DNA of 64,000 nucleotides from the human T2T-CHM13v2.0 reference genome, Homo sapiens, in assembly GCF_009914755.1 (NCBI RefSeq), contig NC_060925.1. One strand, written 5' to 3'. The notes under the pieces were generated by a model. That model had not been told where the DNA came from and searched no databases. It saw only the letters and a program-made list of their open reading frames with translations. Numbering within the stretch: position 1 is the first letter of the stretch; each line of letters begins with the position of its first letter. Shown here piece by piece: positions 1-12,120 of this stretch. The position numbers and the translations under genes are program-made.

Positions 1-1840
1 TAACCTGAGGGGCGGTGCCTCTGGTCCCCTCGTGGGCTTGGGTGGCGCTGGGAGATGATTAGGGGCCTGTAGTGCCTGGCACAGGGCTGCCCCAACAGTG
101 GTGGTTGCTGGCGCATTCTTATATCAGCCCCGCCCCTGGCGAGTCCCACCCATCTGCTGCCTGTGGGGTGCCCTTGCGGAACTTTGGGGCCCTGAGGGTG
201 GGCAGGGAGCCGCCTTGTCCCTGGAGACAGGGGCTTCCTGTAGAGCTCCAGGGACCAGCTATGGGAAACTCCCAACCTCTGACTCAGCATGGGATGGGGC
301 TGGGGGAGGGGGAGGGGTCTGGGATAGCGGCTGCCCCTCCCCCAGCTCTGCCCCCAGCCAGGCAGGCTTTGTGTTCTCTGAGCTCTGTGTCCTCCGGTCC
401 CCTCTGCCTCAGGCAGCTGCATGTTTGCCTCTGACCTCCTCAGGGCTTTAGATTGCTGCCCTGGGGCGGGAAGCTCCGGCCTCCTCCCCCAGCTGGGCCC
501 CCGACAGCTCCTGGCATTCACAGTGAACTGTCTGGGGAATCATCGCTATTTGGGGTAAGCGGCTGGTGGGCGGCTCTCCCAGACCTTTCTCAGAACCTGC
601 AGTCACCCATATGAGCTGCTGACCGGCCTGGCCGGCCTGGGCACGTACGCATGTCGTGGCCCTGCTCATCCAGCAACCGAGGCCTCCCATGACCTGCTGG
701 GTCCTCGTCCACGGGGACTGCAGCTCCATCTGCTGGGGATTCTCAAGGGCAAGCAGCTGTCAGGACACTCTCCCTGCAGGAAGCGTGGCTCCTGCGTGGG
801 TGGCAGGCCCAGTCGGGCCCCGTGAGCAGAGGAGGAGGGACTCCCGCCCACCTCCACGCTGGGTAAGGGAGTCCTCCGAAGGACAGAGCTCTTGGGCTGG
901 GAGGACCTCCTGTGGCGGCGGCCTGGAGACACGGATGTGGTCTCGGGTTGGGTGCTCTGAGGGTCTGCAGGATGGACGAGGCTCCAGCCACCGCCTCACA
1001 CAGCAGGTGACCATCGTGGGTCCAGCCAAGCCCAGCCTTGGTGGCCGTGGCCGCCCATGGGGGCAGAATCCTGGCAGCCCTGGCCTAGCTCTGACCAAGT
1101 GTTAACTCCCTTCATCCTGATCACCCTGGACCAAGGCCTGGGTCATGGGGAGGTGAGGGGCTGGTAGCCCCTTCCAGGGAGTCTGCCAAGAGCCCACAGC
1201 TGGCCCCCCCCCGGCCTTGACTGTTCCCTCAGAACGGGGTGGGGGACCTAGTGAAAGTAAACAGTTCATGAACCCAGCTGGGAGCTTGACCAGCAGAGCT
1301 GCCTCGGATTTGGGACTCATCCTTGGAAGGGGTGGCCCCAGGCATCGCCCCTCTTTGCTCTTGTGCCTGTCCCCTGAGTCTCCGTCCTTGAGTTTCTTCC
1401 CAGGGGCAAGCTGGTGCGGCAGCGGGGGCCCGGGCCTGTGTGGAGGCCCAGTCGTTTTAGCTGGAAGGAGCCTGAAGGGCGAAGGGCACCAACTGGACAG
1501 GGCACCAGGACAGGAGGTCTAAATGGGCCCGCCTTTGGGGACAGTCCCTGGGGCTGCCCCTGGACAACAGAGGGACGGCACCAGTGCGTGGGATCGTGGC
1601 AGGGGGCTCTGTAAGGAGCCCCAGGCCTCTGACCACTTCCCACCCGCCCTCCCTGCTGTCCAGCATCCCAGGTCCGGGTCCCGCCCCAAGTGCTTGCTGT
1701 GTGCTGCCTCTGGGAGCTGAGCTCAGCTCCTGCCACGTCCATGTATGTGTGAGTGTGCATGCAGATGCATGTCTGTGTGTGCACACGTGGGGCCCGACCA
1801 CCAGGCCCGTGGCACCCTCCTCACCCCTCCTTGCCTTCAG

Positions 1841-1993
1841 GTTCTTCGAGGACCTGGAGCAGCGGCACAAGGCCCAGGTGCTGGTCGAGGACATCAGTGA
1901 CATCCTGGAGGAGCACGCTGAGAAGTACTTCCACCCCTACATCGCCTACTGCTCCAACGAGGTCTACCAACAGCGCACGCTGCAGAAGCTGAT
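1841..1993 (+). CDS. ARHGEF16: ARHGEF16 exon, DH domain ([12 protein letters not shown]...QRTLQKL)
   Basis: ttgccttcag| acceptor, |gtgagt donor. Confidence 0.95.
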
Positions 1994-4900
1994 GTGAGTG
2001 GGCGGCCCCGAGGCCCGCAGGGTGGCTCAGGAGCATCCTGCACCCTGGTCTCCCAAAGCACATTCCTGCTCCCAGCCCAGCTTCTGCAGGTCCTGCCTGA
2101 TTTTGGTACAGGCTGGCCATGCAGAGCCTGGAAGGACAGCCTTGTCCTCTTGCAGAAGCAGCAACGCCGCCTTCCGAGAGGCCCTGAGAGAGATTGAGAG
2201 GCGGCCGGCGTGCGGGGGCCTGCCCATGCTCTCCTTCCTGATCCTCCCCATGCAGCGGGTGACCCGGCTGCCCCTCCTGATGGATGTAAGTCCACGGCCT
2301 GAGGGTGGGGCCGGGCATACCATCCTGGGGTCCCACGGCCAGAGCCCTGCCCCGGATGGAGCATTACGTGCTTGTGACCTTCTCCTCCAGGCTTGGCCTA
2401 TGATATTGTAATAGTTACGATCCTAAGATGGCTTTAATAACCAGGATAACTTTGTGGTCGCCGCCACCCACAGAGCTCACTGTGCCGGGAACTGTTCCAG
2501 CCCTTGGCGGATTTGTGTTCACTTACTCAATGGTTCATGAGGTTCAGGCACACTGACGAGTTGGAACTGGCATCACCCAGAGCCCTGCTGAGCCTCCTCC
2601 CAGCCCCCACCCCACCAGTCCTCCTAGACGTGGTAGCCCTGTCCCTGGCACCTACTCTCCCTGTTCTGTGGACGCAGAGAGGGGCTCAGAGAGGCTCACC
2701 AGCATGGGCTGTGTGTGTGGGATGCCAGCCCACAGGGCAGAGGGTATATGAGGGTGAAAGGTGTACACACACACGCACACATGTATATACAGTGTACACG
2801 CACTCAGGCACGTATGTGCCCATGTGCACACAATGCATATGTATGGATGCACGCCAGTACACACATGCATGCACACTTGCACACACTGCATTGCACCGAT
2901 GCATGCACATGTGCACACAATGCACACGTTTGCATACATGCACACACAGGCACTGCACACACATGCACCCGGTGCACACACATACACGTGGATGCACACA
3001 CATGCATGCACATGGTGCACAGGCATATTCACACATGTGCATGCTGCCCATACACACAGCCCCGCACATGGCAGGACTGAGCTAAGCTTCCTGAGGCTAC
3101 ACATGGCAGGGTTGCCCAAGCCAAACAGAACCTCAAACTCCTGGGGGCCCCAGGGATGTGCAGAAATGGGGCTGCCAGGGGGCCTCCACTGACGATTCCC
3201 CAAGTTGGATGGAGATGGCCAAGGATGGGAAGGGAAGGGTTCCAGGCAGGGGTGCTAGCTCCTGTTCCCACTCAACCTGGCCTGACCTGGCAGAGCTCCA
3301 GGTGGTGCAGAGGCCGTTCAGGGGCTGTACGTGCTGTGGGGCCCTGCAGGAGCCCCCTGGGGGCAGCTGTTGACCACCCTGCAGCCCCACACGGGGTCTG
3401 GCGTTGGTGGGAGCCTCCACACCTGGGATGCCAGAGGGGACTTTCTGTCCCATGTCTGTTGTCCATCCAGACGCTCTGCCTCAAGACCCAGGGCCACTCC
3501 GAAAGGTACAAGGCTGCCAGCCGTGCACTGAAGGCCATCAGCAAGGTAAGATGGGGCCTGGCCCCAGCCCTACCCGAGTCCTGTACCCCGACCCTGTCCC
3601 CACCCAACCCCACCCTACCCGATGGCATAGGGCTGGCTTCCCCTACCTTCCAGGGCAGCGAGTGTTCTCAGATTATCCATCCCAAGCCTTTCACAGCGCT
3701 GACAGGGAAACTGAGGCCCAGAGGTTCCCAGATTATCCATCCCAAGCCTTTCACAGCGCTGACAGGGAAACTGAGGCCCAGAGGTTCCCAGATTATCCAT
3801 CCCAAGCCTTTCACAGCGCTGACAGGGAAACTGAGGCCCAGAGGTTCCCAGATTATCCATCCCAAGCCTTTCACAGCGCTGACAGGGAAACTGAGGCCCA
3901 GAGGTTCCCAGATTATCCATCCCAGGCCTTTCACAGCGCTGACAGGGAAACTGAGGCCCAGAGGTTCCCAGATTATCCATCCCAGGCCTTTCACAGCGCT
4001 GACAGGGAAACTGAGGCCCAGAGGTTCCCAGATTATCCATCCCAGGCCTTTCACAGCGCTGACAGGGAAACTGAGGCCCAGAGGTTCCCAGATTATCCAT
4101 CCCAGGCCTTTCACAGCGCTGACAGGGAAACTGAGGCCCAGAGGTTCCCAGATTATCCATCCCAGGCCTTTCACAGCGCTGACAGGGAAACTGAGGCCCA
4201 GAGGTTCCCAGATTATCCATCCCAGGCCTTTCACAGCGCTGACAGGGAAACTGAGGCCCAGAGGTTCCCAGATTATCCATCCCAGGCCTTTCACAGCGCT
4301 GACAGGGAAACTGAGGCCCAGAGGTTCCCAGATTATCCATCCCAGGCCTTTCACAGCGCTGACAGGGAAACTGAGGCCCAGAGGTTCCCAGATTATCCAT
4401 CCCAGGCCTTTCACAGCGCTGACAGGGAAACTGAGGCCCAGAGGTTCCCAGATTATCCATCCCAGGCCTTTCACAGCGCTGACAGGGAAACTGAGGCCCA
4501 GAGGTTCCCAGATTATCCATCCCAGGCCTTTCACAGTGCTGACAGGGAAACTGAGGCCTAGAGCCAGTGGAGCTCTCACACAGTTGATGAGCCCGTGGCA
4601 CGGCTGGTCCAGGGCAGGCACTGTGGGCAGCCAGAGGCTGGCTGGGCAGGTGTCCTGGGCACACTGTGGGCCGTGTGGGCTGTGCCAGGGCCCTGTAGCA
4701 CCAGCCTCTCACACGGGAACCATGCCCTGCAGCTGGTGAGGCAGTGCAACGAGGGGGCCCACAGGATGGAGCGCATGGAGCAGATGTACACGCTGCACAC
4801 ACAGCTGGACTTCAGCAAGGTCAAGGTAGGTGGCCCCGGACATCAGGGCCACTCGGACCACTTCCCACTCAGCCCTCCCTGCTGGCCTGCGTGTGAGGTC

Positions 4901-7900
4901 ACACCCCTGAGCCTGAGGGCTGGAGAGTGGGTGCCTGCCCTCATGAGGCCTGGGGGCTGGGCCTCCTAGGGCTGGTGGCTCTGGTCTCTCCAGGCCTCAG
5001 TCTCCCGATCTGGGAGCGCCCCTTGTGGACCCCTCCCCTAATCCCACTGGGTGGGCCTCTGTGGCCCTTGCCCCATCCCCAGGACTGCACCGGCAAAGGG
5101 TAGACCCTAGGCCCTGAGTGACCAAGCCCAGGGGGCAACAGGAGTGGCCCTGTCAGTGCACTTGCCTGGGGCCAGCGCTCCTTGCTGGCCCCTCAGGGGC
5201 TGGGCAGGGCCTGAGGACAGAGCGGAGGGGACAGGTTGATTTCAGGGCCAGCCCAGATTCCATGTTTCCCAGTGAGGCTTGGATTCTGGGTAGGGTGAAA
5301 TATTTCCAGCCCAGGCCCGGGCAGCCCTAGTCCCTGCCACAAACGGGCAGGGCTCATACCTCTCCCTCCAGAGCCCCCCACCCACGATCCCACACACTGG
5401 CCGCATCCTCTGTTGTCCTGGGACAGCCCAGGGCCCCTCCCCTAAGGCGGGCCCAGGTGGGTCTCCTGTCCTGGTGCCCCATCCAGGGGGTGTCCTTCAG
5501 GGTGGAGCAAGAAGTGGGTGACAGGCCACCAGCCACCCTCACTCAGGGCCACGGACAACCAAGTAAGGGTGCGGGGTCCCAGCTGGGGGAGGGGGCTCCC
5601 GGGGTGGGTCAGGGCGGGCTGCCTGGGGCAGGCGTCAGGGCGGTGACTTCGCGCCGCTGTCGCTGAGCCCACACCCGTGCAGCCCTCACGCTTGTCTCCC
5701 TGATCCTCTCGAGTCTGGGGTGTAACGCCTGCCCCTGCCAGAGCAAGGACCCCCTCCCAGGCCTGGTCCACCCCTGAGTGGGGCTCTCACCCCCACATGG
5801 TCTTGAAGTTGGTCTTGGAAACGGGTGTGGGGGTGGGGAGAACAGGCCCATCCAGGAGGGAGGGTGGTGGCAGAGGCCGGGAGCGGGAGGTGCCGGGGGC
5901 TCTGAGTCTGTAGTGGGCACAGGTGGGGAAGCCGGGGCCCACAGGGAGCAGGTGAGGAGGTGTCAACAGTCGCTGAGGAGCGGGAGCTGGTGGGCAGGCT
6001 CCTCATTCCCACTCTGCCCTCCCCCCCACCCTGTACTGCCACCCCCTACTGCGACACCCATCCCCGTCACCCCCACACTACCCACCCCCATCACCCCACA
6101 ACCCACCCCCATCACCCCCACACTACCCACCCCCATCACCCCACACTACCCACCCCATCACCCCCACACTACCCACCCCCATCACCCCCACACTACCCAC
6201 CCCATCACCCCACACTACCCATCCCCATCACCCCCACACGACCCACCCCCATCACCCCCACACTACCCACCCCATCACCCCCACACTACCCACCCCCATC
6301 ACCCCACACTACCCACCCCCATCACCCCCACACTACCCACCCCCATCACCCCACACTACCCACCCCCATCACCCCCACACTACCCACCCCCATCACCCCA
6401 CACTACCCACCCCCATCACCCCACACTACCCACCCCCATCACCCCCACACTACCCACCCCATCACCCCCACACTACCCACCCCCATCACCCCACACTACC
6501 CACCCCCATCACCCCACACTACCCACCCCCATCACCCCCACACTACCCACCCCATCACCCGCACACTACCCACCCCCATCACCCCACACTACCCATCCCC
6601 ATCACCCCCACACGACCCACCCCATCACCCCACACGACCCACCCCCATCACCCTCACTACCCACCCCCATCACCCCCACACTACCCACCCCATCACCCCC
6701 ACACTACCCACCCCCATCACCCCACACGACCCACCCCTATCACCCCACACTACCCACCCCCATCACCCCACACTACCCATCCCCATCACCCCCACACGAC
6801 CCACCCCATCACCCCACACTACCCACCCCCATCACCCCACACGACCCACCCCATCACCCTCACTACCCACCCCCATCACCCCCACACTACCCACCCCCAT
6901 CACCCCCACACTACCCACCCCATCACCCCACACTACCCACCCCCATCACCCCCACACTACCCACCCCATCACCCCCACACTACCCACCCCCATCACCCTC
7001 ACTACCCACCCCCATCACCCCCACACTACCCACCCCCATCACCCCCACACTACCCACCCCATCACCCCCACACTACCCACCCCATCACCCTCACTACCCA
7101 CCCCATCACCCGCACACTACCCACCCCCATCACCCCCACACTACCCACCCCCATCACCCCCACACTACCCACCCCATCACCCCCACACTACCCACCCCAT
7201 CACCCTCACTACCCACCCCATCACCCGCACACTACCCATCCCCATCACCCCCACACTACCCACCCCATCACCCCCACACTACCCACCCCCATCACCCCCA
7301 CACTACCCACCCCCATCACCCCCACACTACCCACCCCCATCACCCCCACACTACCCACCCCCATCACCCCACACTACCCACCCCCATCACCCCACACTAC
7401 CCACCCCCATCACCCCACACTACCCACCCCATCACCCCCACACTACCCACCCCATCACCCCCACACTACCCACCCCCATCACCCCCACACTACCCACCCC
7501 ATCACCCCCACACTACCCACCCCCATCACCCCCACACTACCCACCCCATCACCCCCACACTACCCACCCCCATCACCCCCACACTACCCACCCCATCACC
7601 CCCACACTACCCACCCCCATCAGCCCCACTACCCACCCCCATCACCCTCACTACCCACCCCATCACCCCCACACTACCCACCCCATCACCCCCACACTAC
7701 CCACCCCATCACCCCCACACTACCCACCCCATCACCCCCACACTACCCACCCCATCACCCCCACACTACCCACCCCATCACCCTCACTACCCACCCCCAT
7801 CACCCCCACACTACCCACCCCATCACCCCCACACTACCCACCCCATCACCCCCACACTACCCACCCCCATCACCCCCACACTACCCACCCCATCACCCCC

Positions 7901-10900
7901 ACACTACCCACCCCCATCAGCCCCACTACCCACCCCCATCACCCTCACTACCCACCCCATCACCCCCACACTACCCACCCCATCACCCCCACACTACCCA
8001 CCCCCATCAGCCCCACACTACCCACCCCCATCACCCCCACACTACCCACCCCCATCACCCTCACTACCCATCACCCGCACACTACCCACCCCATCACCCG
8101 CACACTACCCAGGCCCATCACCCCGCTACCCACCCCCATCACCCCCACGCCACCCACCCCATCACCCCCACGCCGCCCACCCCATCACCCCCACGCCGCC
8201 CAACCCATCACCCCCACGCCGCCCACCCCCATCACCCCCACGCCGCCCACCCCCATCACCCCCACGCCGCCCACCCCATCACCCCCACGCCGCCCACCCC
8301 ATCACCCCCACGCCGCCCACCCCATCACCCCCACACTACCCACCCCATCACCCCCACACTGCCCACCCTCTGGCCTTTGCCATCCTTCTGCCCCCCACTG
8401 ACTCCAGCAACTCAGCACCAGGCAGCAGGGAGGATGTTCTGTGGCTCAGGAGCCAGGAAAGGCCCCAGACGTGGAGCGTGGCCATCACGGGTGGGCCTGC
8501 CCCTGCCAACCCTCCCTCGGGGCTGAGCAGGTCCTTGTGCCTAGGAGGCCCAGCGTCTGCGTAATTGCCACGGAGGGGTGAGGTGTGTGTGGAGGCTTCC
8601 CCAGCACTGGCCTTCGAGTCCTGGCTTGGGTGAAATGTTCAGTGGTCACCCAGCCCTGGGCTATCGGGCAGGGTCTGGTCCGGGCCTGGCGCACCTCGAT
8701 TTGAGGCTCGGACACATTGTGCCCCTTTCCTCTGTCCAGCCCCGACTGAGGGCAGCCAGCTGGTCACCCAGTCCAGAGGCAGGAGTCAGTCCCACCTGGT
8801 GCTATGCGTCCTTGACCCCCTGGGGACCTGCTCACCCCGGCTCTGTCCCCCCCAGTCCCTCGCACTGATCTCCGCCTCCCGGCTCTGTCCCCCCAGTCCC
8901 TCCCACTGATCTCCGCCTCCCGGTGGCTGCTGAAGCGCGGAGAGCTGTTCTTAGTGGAAGAAACCGGACTTTTTCGAAAAATTGCCAGCCGGCCAACGTG
9001 CTACCTTTTCCTGTTCAACGATGTCCTGGTTGTGACCAAGAAGAAGAGGTGGCCTTAGGGCAGGAGGGTGTGGGGAGCCCCACTCCATGGACACTGGGCC
9101 GCTGGCCCTGGGGCAGGAGGGTACAGGGAGTCGGCCCTGAGCCCCTCTGACCTCAGAGCCGAGGCGCGGCTTCCACTCGGCACATGCTCTACGTGACACT
9201 CGGGGGCAGGTGGCGCTCGCTGTGCAGCCTCTGACCTCCTCTGCAGACCTGGGTCTGCCGGTGATAGCCACGAGGAGGACTCGAAAGCCATGGCCTCTGT
9301 TCTGTGGGACGCGGGAACTCTTGGAGCCCGTCCGTGGCTGCCTCCCCACCACTGCAGGGGAGCCGGGTGGGACCTGGACGGGAGCCCAGCAGCACTGGGT
9401 AGGAGCTGGGTGGGACCGTCCCACCGACTGCCCGTGTCTCCACAGCGAGGAGAGCTACATGGTCCAGGACTACGCCCAGATGAACCACATCCAGGTAGAG
9501 AAGATAGAGCCGTCTGAGCTCCCTCTGCCCGGGGGCGGCAACCGTAGCTCCTCCGTGCCCCACCCCTTCCAGGTGACCCTGCTTCGCAACAGCGAGGGCC
9601 GCCAGGAGCAGCTCCTGCTCTCCTCGGACTCCGCGTAAGTGGGCTCCCGGGAGGGCTGTTCCCAGGCCACAGGCACATTAGCTCCACGGGGACCGGGTTG
9701 TCCCCCTGCCTTGCTCGCTGTTGCATGGCTGGCTCTGAACGCCCACCGTGCACCTGGCCCTGCTGTAGGTGCTGAGGTAGAGCCAGAAACAACAGAAATG
9801 GCCTTGTCCTCATGGAGTTTATGTTCCCGGGAGGGGACGCACCAACAGTTGGGCCACCAGGAGTGGGAACAAGGGAGGAAACGAGGTGGGGGGTGGGGTG
9901 CGGGGGGTGCCGTGAGGAAAGCTTAGCCCATGTGAGCAGAGGGAGGTGGGGCCGGAGTGTGGGGTTGCTCAGCAGAGGCCCCGAGGCAGGAGAGCCCTGA
10001 GGCCCCGAGGGCACAGCTGCAGGTGGACAGCAGTGATGCTGGGGTGCAGCGACCCTGGCCGGTAGGGGCCAGTTCAGACAGCAGGGTGGTCCTGGCACTC
10101 AGAATGGGAGGGGGCACTGATGGAGTCTCTGCGGGCCCCCCGTGGAAGCCAGGCACACAGGTGCGCCAGTCTCCATATTCCCTCTCAGCTCGTCTTGACT
10201 GAGGACAGCTCTGGGCCGTTTCCAGATGAGGATGCTGAGGCTGAGTCTGTCACAGCAAACGGAGGGGGCAGGGAGCTGGGGCCCAGTGCCAGGAAACGGG
10301 GTGGCCTCAGGTCCAGCAGGCTGGGGTCTGGGTGTGTGGCCACTACCCAACTCTGTGACCTGGGGCTGGGGTGACTTGGGGGTTAGCCTGCCTGGCACAG
10401 TCTGCCCAGCCACTCCTGCCCACCCCCACCACCCATCTCCTTGCCACGGCCCCCATGGGTGGCTGTCAGAAGTCAAGGAACATCAGACGGGCAGGATCGG
10501 TCTCCAGGCCTGGCTCATGCTGTCTCTGGTCCCCAGGAGTGACCGGGCACGGTGGATCGTGGCGCTCACACACAGTGAGAGACAGTGGCAGGGCCTCTCC
10601 AGCAAAGGAGGTGAGTGCGGGCTGGGGCCTGCAGGGCTGGCCCTCTGCCGTGGCTGGCACTTTGGCCCCCACTGTAGCCCAAGTGAGCCTGGCACCTGGC
10701 CTTGTGCTGGGGCCTGGCAGTCGGGGGATGGGGTGCCCCGGCCCCGGGGGATGTGTCTGCTGGAGGCCGTTGGGGAGTGGAGCCTGGCCCATGCCTCCCG
10801 ACAGCCCTGTGATGGCCACTGCCCTATGCAGACCTGCCCCAGGTGGAGATCACCAAGGCCTTCTTCGCGAAGCAAGCAGACGAGGTCACACTGCAGCAGG

Positions 10901-11607
10901 CGGACGTGGTCCTGGTTCTGCAGCAGGAGGATGGTGAGTGCAGGGGCGTTGGGCACAGATGGGTGGGAACGGACAGGCGGGCGTGAGTCAGCGTCCAGCC
11001 TGGCCAGGTCCAGAGCATGCCGGGCTGCAGGCTGACCATGTGCTCACCCTCTCTCGAGGGCTTCTTCAAAGGGAGCACTCCCACATCCCCAAACCTCAGA
11101 ATCAAAAGCAGGTTCATGGTCACTGTGTCCCACGTGGGGAGGAGGAGGTGTCTCTGCCCTCCCAGGGGATCCCCGCTCAGCCAGGCCCAGCACGAGCCTG
11201 CAGAGGGCAGGCAGGGCTCCTCCTCATGCCGGGCAGCGCTGTGTGGGGTGTGCTCAGCCCAGCACCCTTCTCAGTGGCGAGCACCTGAGCAGGGGCTGGG
11301 TGCCCGGTGACCATGAGCAAGGCCTCAGCAGCTGTCTGCTCTGAGCAGGAGCAGGTGGTCAGTTCTAGGAGAAGCCTGGCCCTGGTGTGCTCAGGCATAG
11401 CAGCTCAGAGGGGCCGGGGGACCCACGGCCTTCCCCTCACCTCCCTCCCACCCCTATCCGGGTTCAGGGTGGCTCTATGGCGAGAGGCTCCGGGACGGAG
11501 AGACGGGATGGTTCCCCGAGGACTTTGCCCGCTTCATCACCAGCCGTGTGGCCGTGGAGGGCAATGTCCGCAGGATGGAGCGTCTGCGGGTGGAGACGGA
11601 CGTGTAG
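1841..11607 (+). CDS. ARHGEF16: ARHGEF16 (Ephexin-4, Rho GEF), 3' part: 9 coding exons; 5' exons lie outside the window
   Basis: Joining the 9 GT-AG exons gives one continuous frame: DH tail ([12 protein letters not shown]), PH domain, SH3 ([19 protein letters not shown]) and C-terminal ETDV*. This matches the Ephexin-4 sequence as I recall it. Confidence 0.97.
2156..2285 (+). CDS. ARHGEF16: ARHGEF16 exon, DH domain ([10 protein letters not shown]...[10 protein letters not shown])
   Basis: tcttgcag| acceptor, |gtaagt donor; conserved DH motif [10 protein letters not shown]. Confidence 0.95.
2760..3070. repeat. CA-rich degenerate microsatellite
   Basis: Repeated cacacatgca/tgcacaca motifs. 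Confidence 0.85.
3471..3545 (+). CDS. ARHGEF16: ARHGEF16 exon ([25 protein letters not shown])
   Basis: catccag| acceptor, |gtaaga donor, phase 0-0. Confidence 0.95.
3661..4563. repeat. 60-bp VNTR, 15 copies, with MIR-like core
   Basis: Unit gaggttcccagattatccatccca(a/g)gcctttcacagcgctgacagggaaactgaggccca, near-identical over 15 consecutive 60-nt lines. Confidence 0.97.
4733..4825 (+). CDS. ARHGEF16: ARHGEF16 exon, DH-PH linker ([31 protein letters not shown])
   Basis: ccctgcag| acceptor, |gtaggt donor; CNE motif at the end of DH. Confidence 0.95.
6060..8368. repeat. About 22-24-bp C-rich minisatellite, roughly 100 copies
   Basis: Unit approximately cccatcacccccacactacccacc with variable C-runs. 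Confidence 0.97.
8836..8923 (+). repeat. 41/42-bp tandem duplication spanning an intron/exon junction
   Basis: cccggctctgtc(n)agtccctc(g/c)cactgatctccgcct occurs twice. Confidence 0.93.
8897..9048 (+). CDS. ARHGEF16: ARHGEF16 exon, PH start ([18 protein letters not shown]...[15 protein letters not shown])
   Basis: The second of two duplicated acceptors keeps the frame; PH motif FLFNDVL; weak donor |gtggcc. Confidence 0.92.
9446..9634 (+). CDS. ARHGEF16: ARHGEF16 exon, PH domain ([10 protein letters not shown]...LLLSSDSA)
   Basis: ctccacag| acceptor, |gtaagt donor. Confidence 0.95.
10537..10610 (+). CDS. ARHGEF16: ARHGEF16 exon, PH end ([24 protein letters not shown])
   Basis: ccccag| acceptor, |gtgagt donor; PH C-terminal helix Trp. 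Confidence 0.95.
10832..10933 (+). CDS. ARHGEF16: ARHGEF16 exon, SH3 first half ([34 protein letters not shown])
   Basis: tatgcag| acceptor, |gtgagt donor. Confidence 0.95.
11468..11607 (+). CDS. ARHGEF16: ARHGEF16 last coding exon ([20 protein letters not shown]...RLRVETDV*)
   Basis: gttcag| acceptor; TAG at 11605-11607; SH3 GWFP motif and class I PDZ-binding tail T-D-V. Confidence 0.96.
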
Positions 11608-12109
11608 CCCTGGCGAGGCCAGCCGGCGGCAGCACAGCCTGTCCCCAATCAGCAAGTGGTCGTGCCTGGCTCTAGAGAGCGTGGGGAGCTGGTCTCAAGG
11701 ACCCAGCATGGTTCCCTGGGGCTTCCCAAGAGCCTGTGGCTGTGGTGCCGGGCTCCAGACACTTCACGGAAGGAAGATCACATGTCCCCAGAGAGGCACC
11801 CCCAGGCAAGCTCGAGGGGGCCACACCGTGTCCCAGGGAGCCCAGCCTATTCCCGTTGGCTGGCTGGGCCCCTCTCAGCTGCTGGGCCCCACCTCCCCAC
11901 TGCACCCAGGGGACAACTCCACCTGGACTGATGGGCACAGGAGGCACCAATAGCGATTATTGGGGGCAATGCGAGGTCTCCTCCTATGCCCTTCCTACCC
12001 CTGAGTGGGACAAGAAGGGCCTTGAGTGCCCAGGAGTGCCCCACGTTCTGAGAAGGGGCCGGCCGGAGGGAGGGGACCCGGCAGGGAGATTTCGGTTTTG
12101 AGGTTTCTA

Positions 12110-12120
12110 AATACATTAAA
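12110..12120 (+). terminator. ARHGEF16 polyadenylation signal (overlapping AATACA/ATTAAA)
   Basis: aatacattaaa in a rare AT-rich patch about 500 nt after the stop, followed by T-rich sequence. Confidence 0.8.

Noticed and set aside
2504-3203. His/Cys-rich ORFs over CA/TG-rich tracts (also about 22930-23470 and 43260-43560)
   Set aside because: Low-complexity microsatellite translation
3661-4563. CRISPR-like regular array (also 33004-34425)
   Set aside because: Head-to-tail units with no unique spacers and no cas genes; mammalian DNA
3615-4802. Antisense 395-aa ORF with repeated CQRC (zinc-finger-like)
   Set aside because: Translation of the 60-bp VNTR; no independent gene evidence
5778-8564. 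928-aa and 813-aa Pro/His/Thr-rich extensin-like ORFs
   Set aside because: The C-rich minisatellite unit simply has no stop triplet; intronic, with no gene signals
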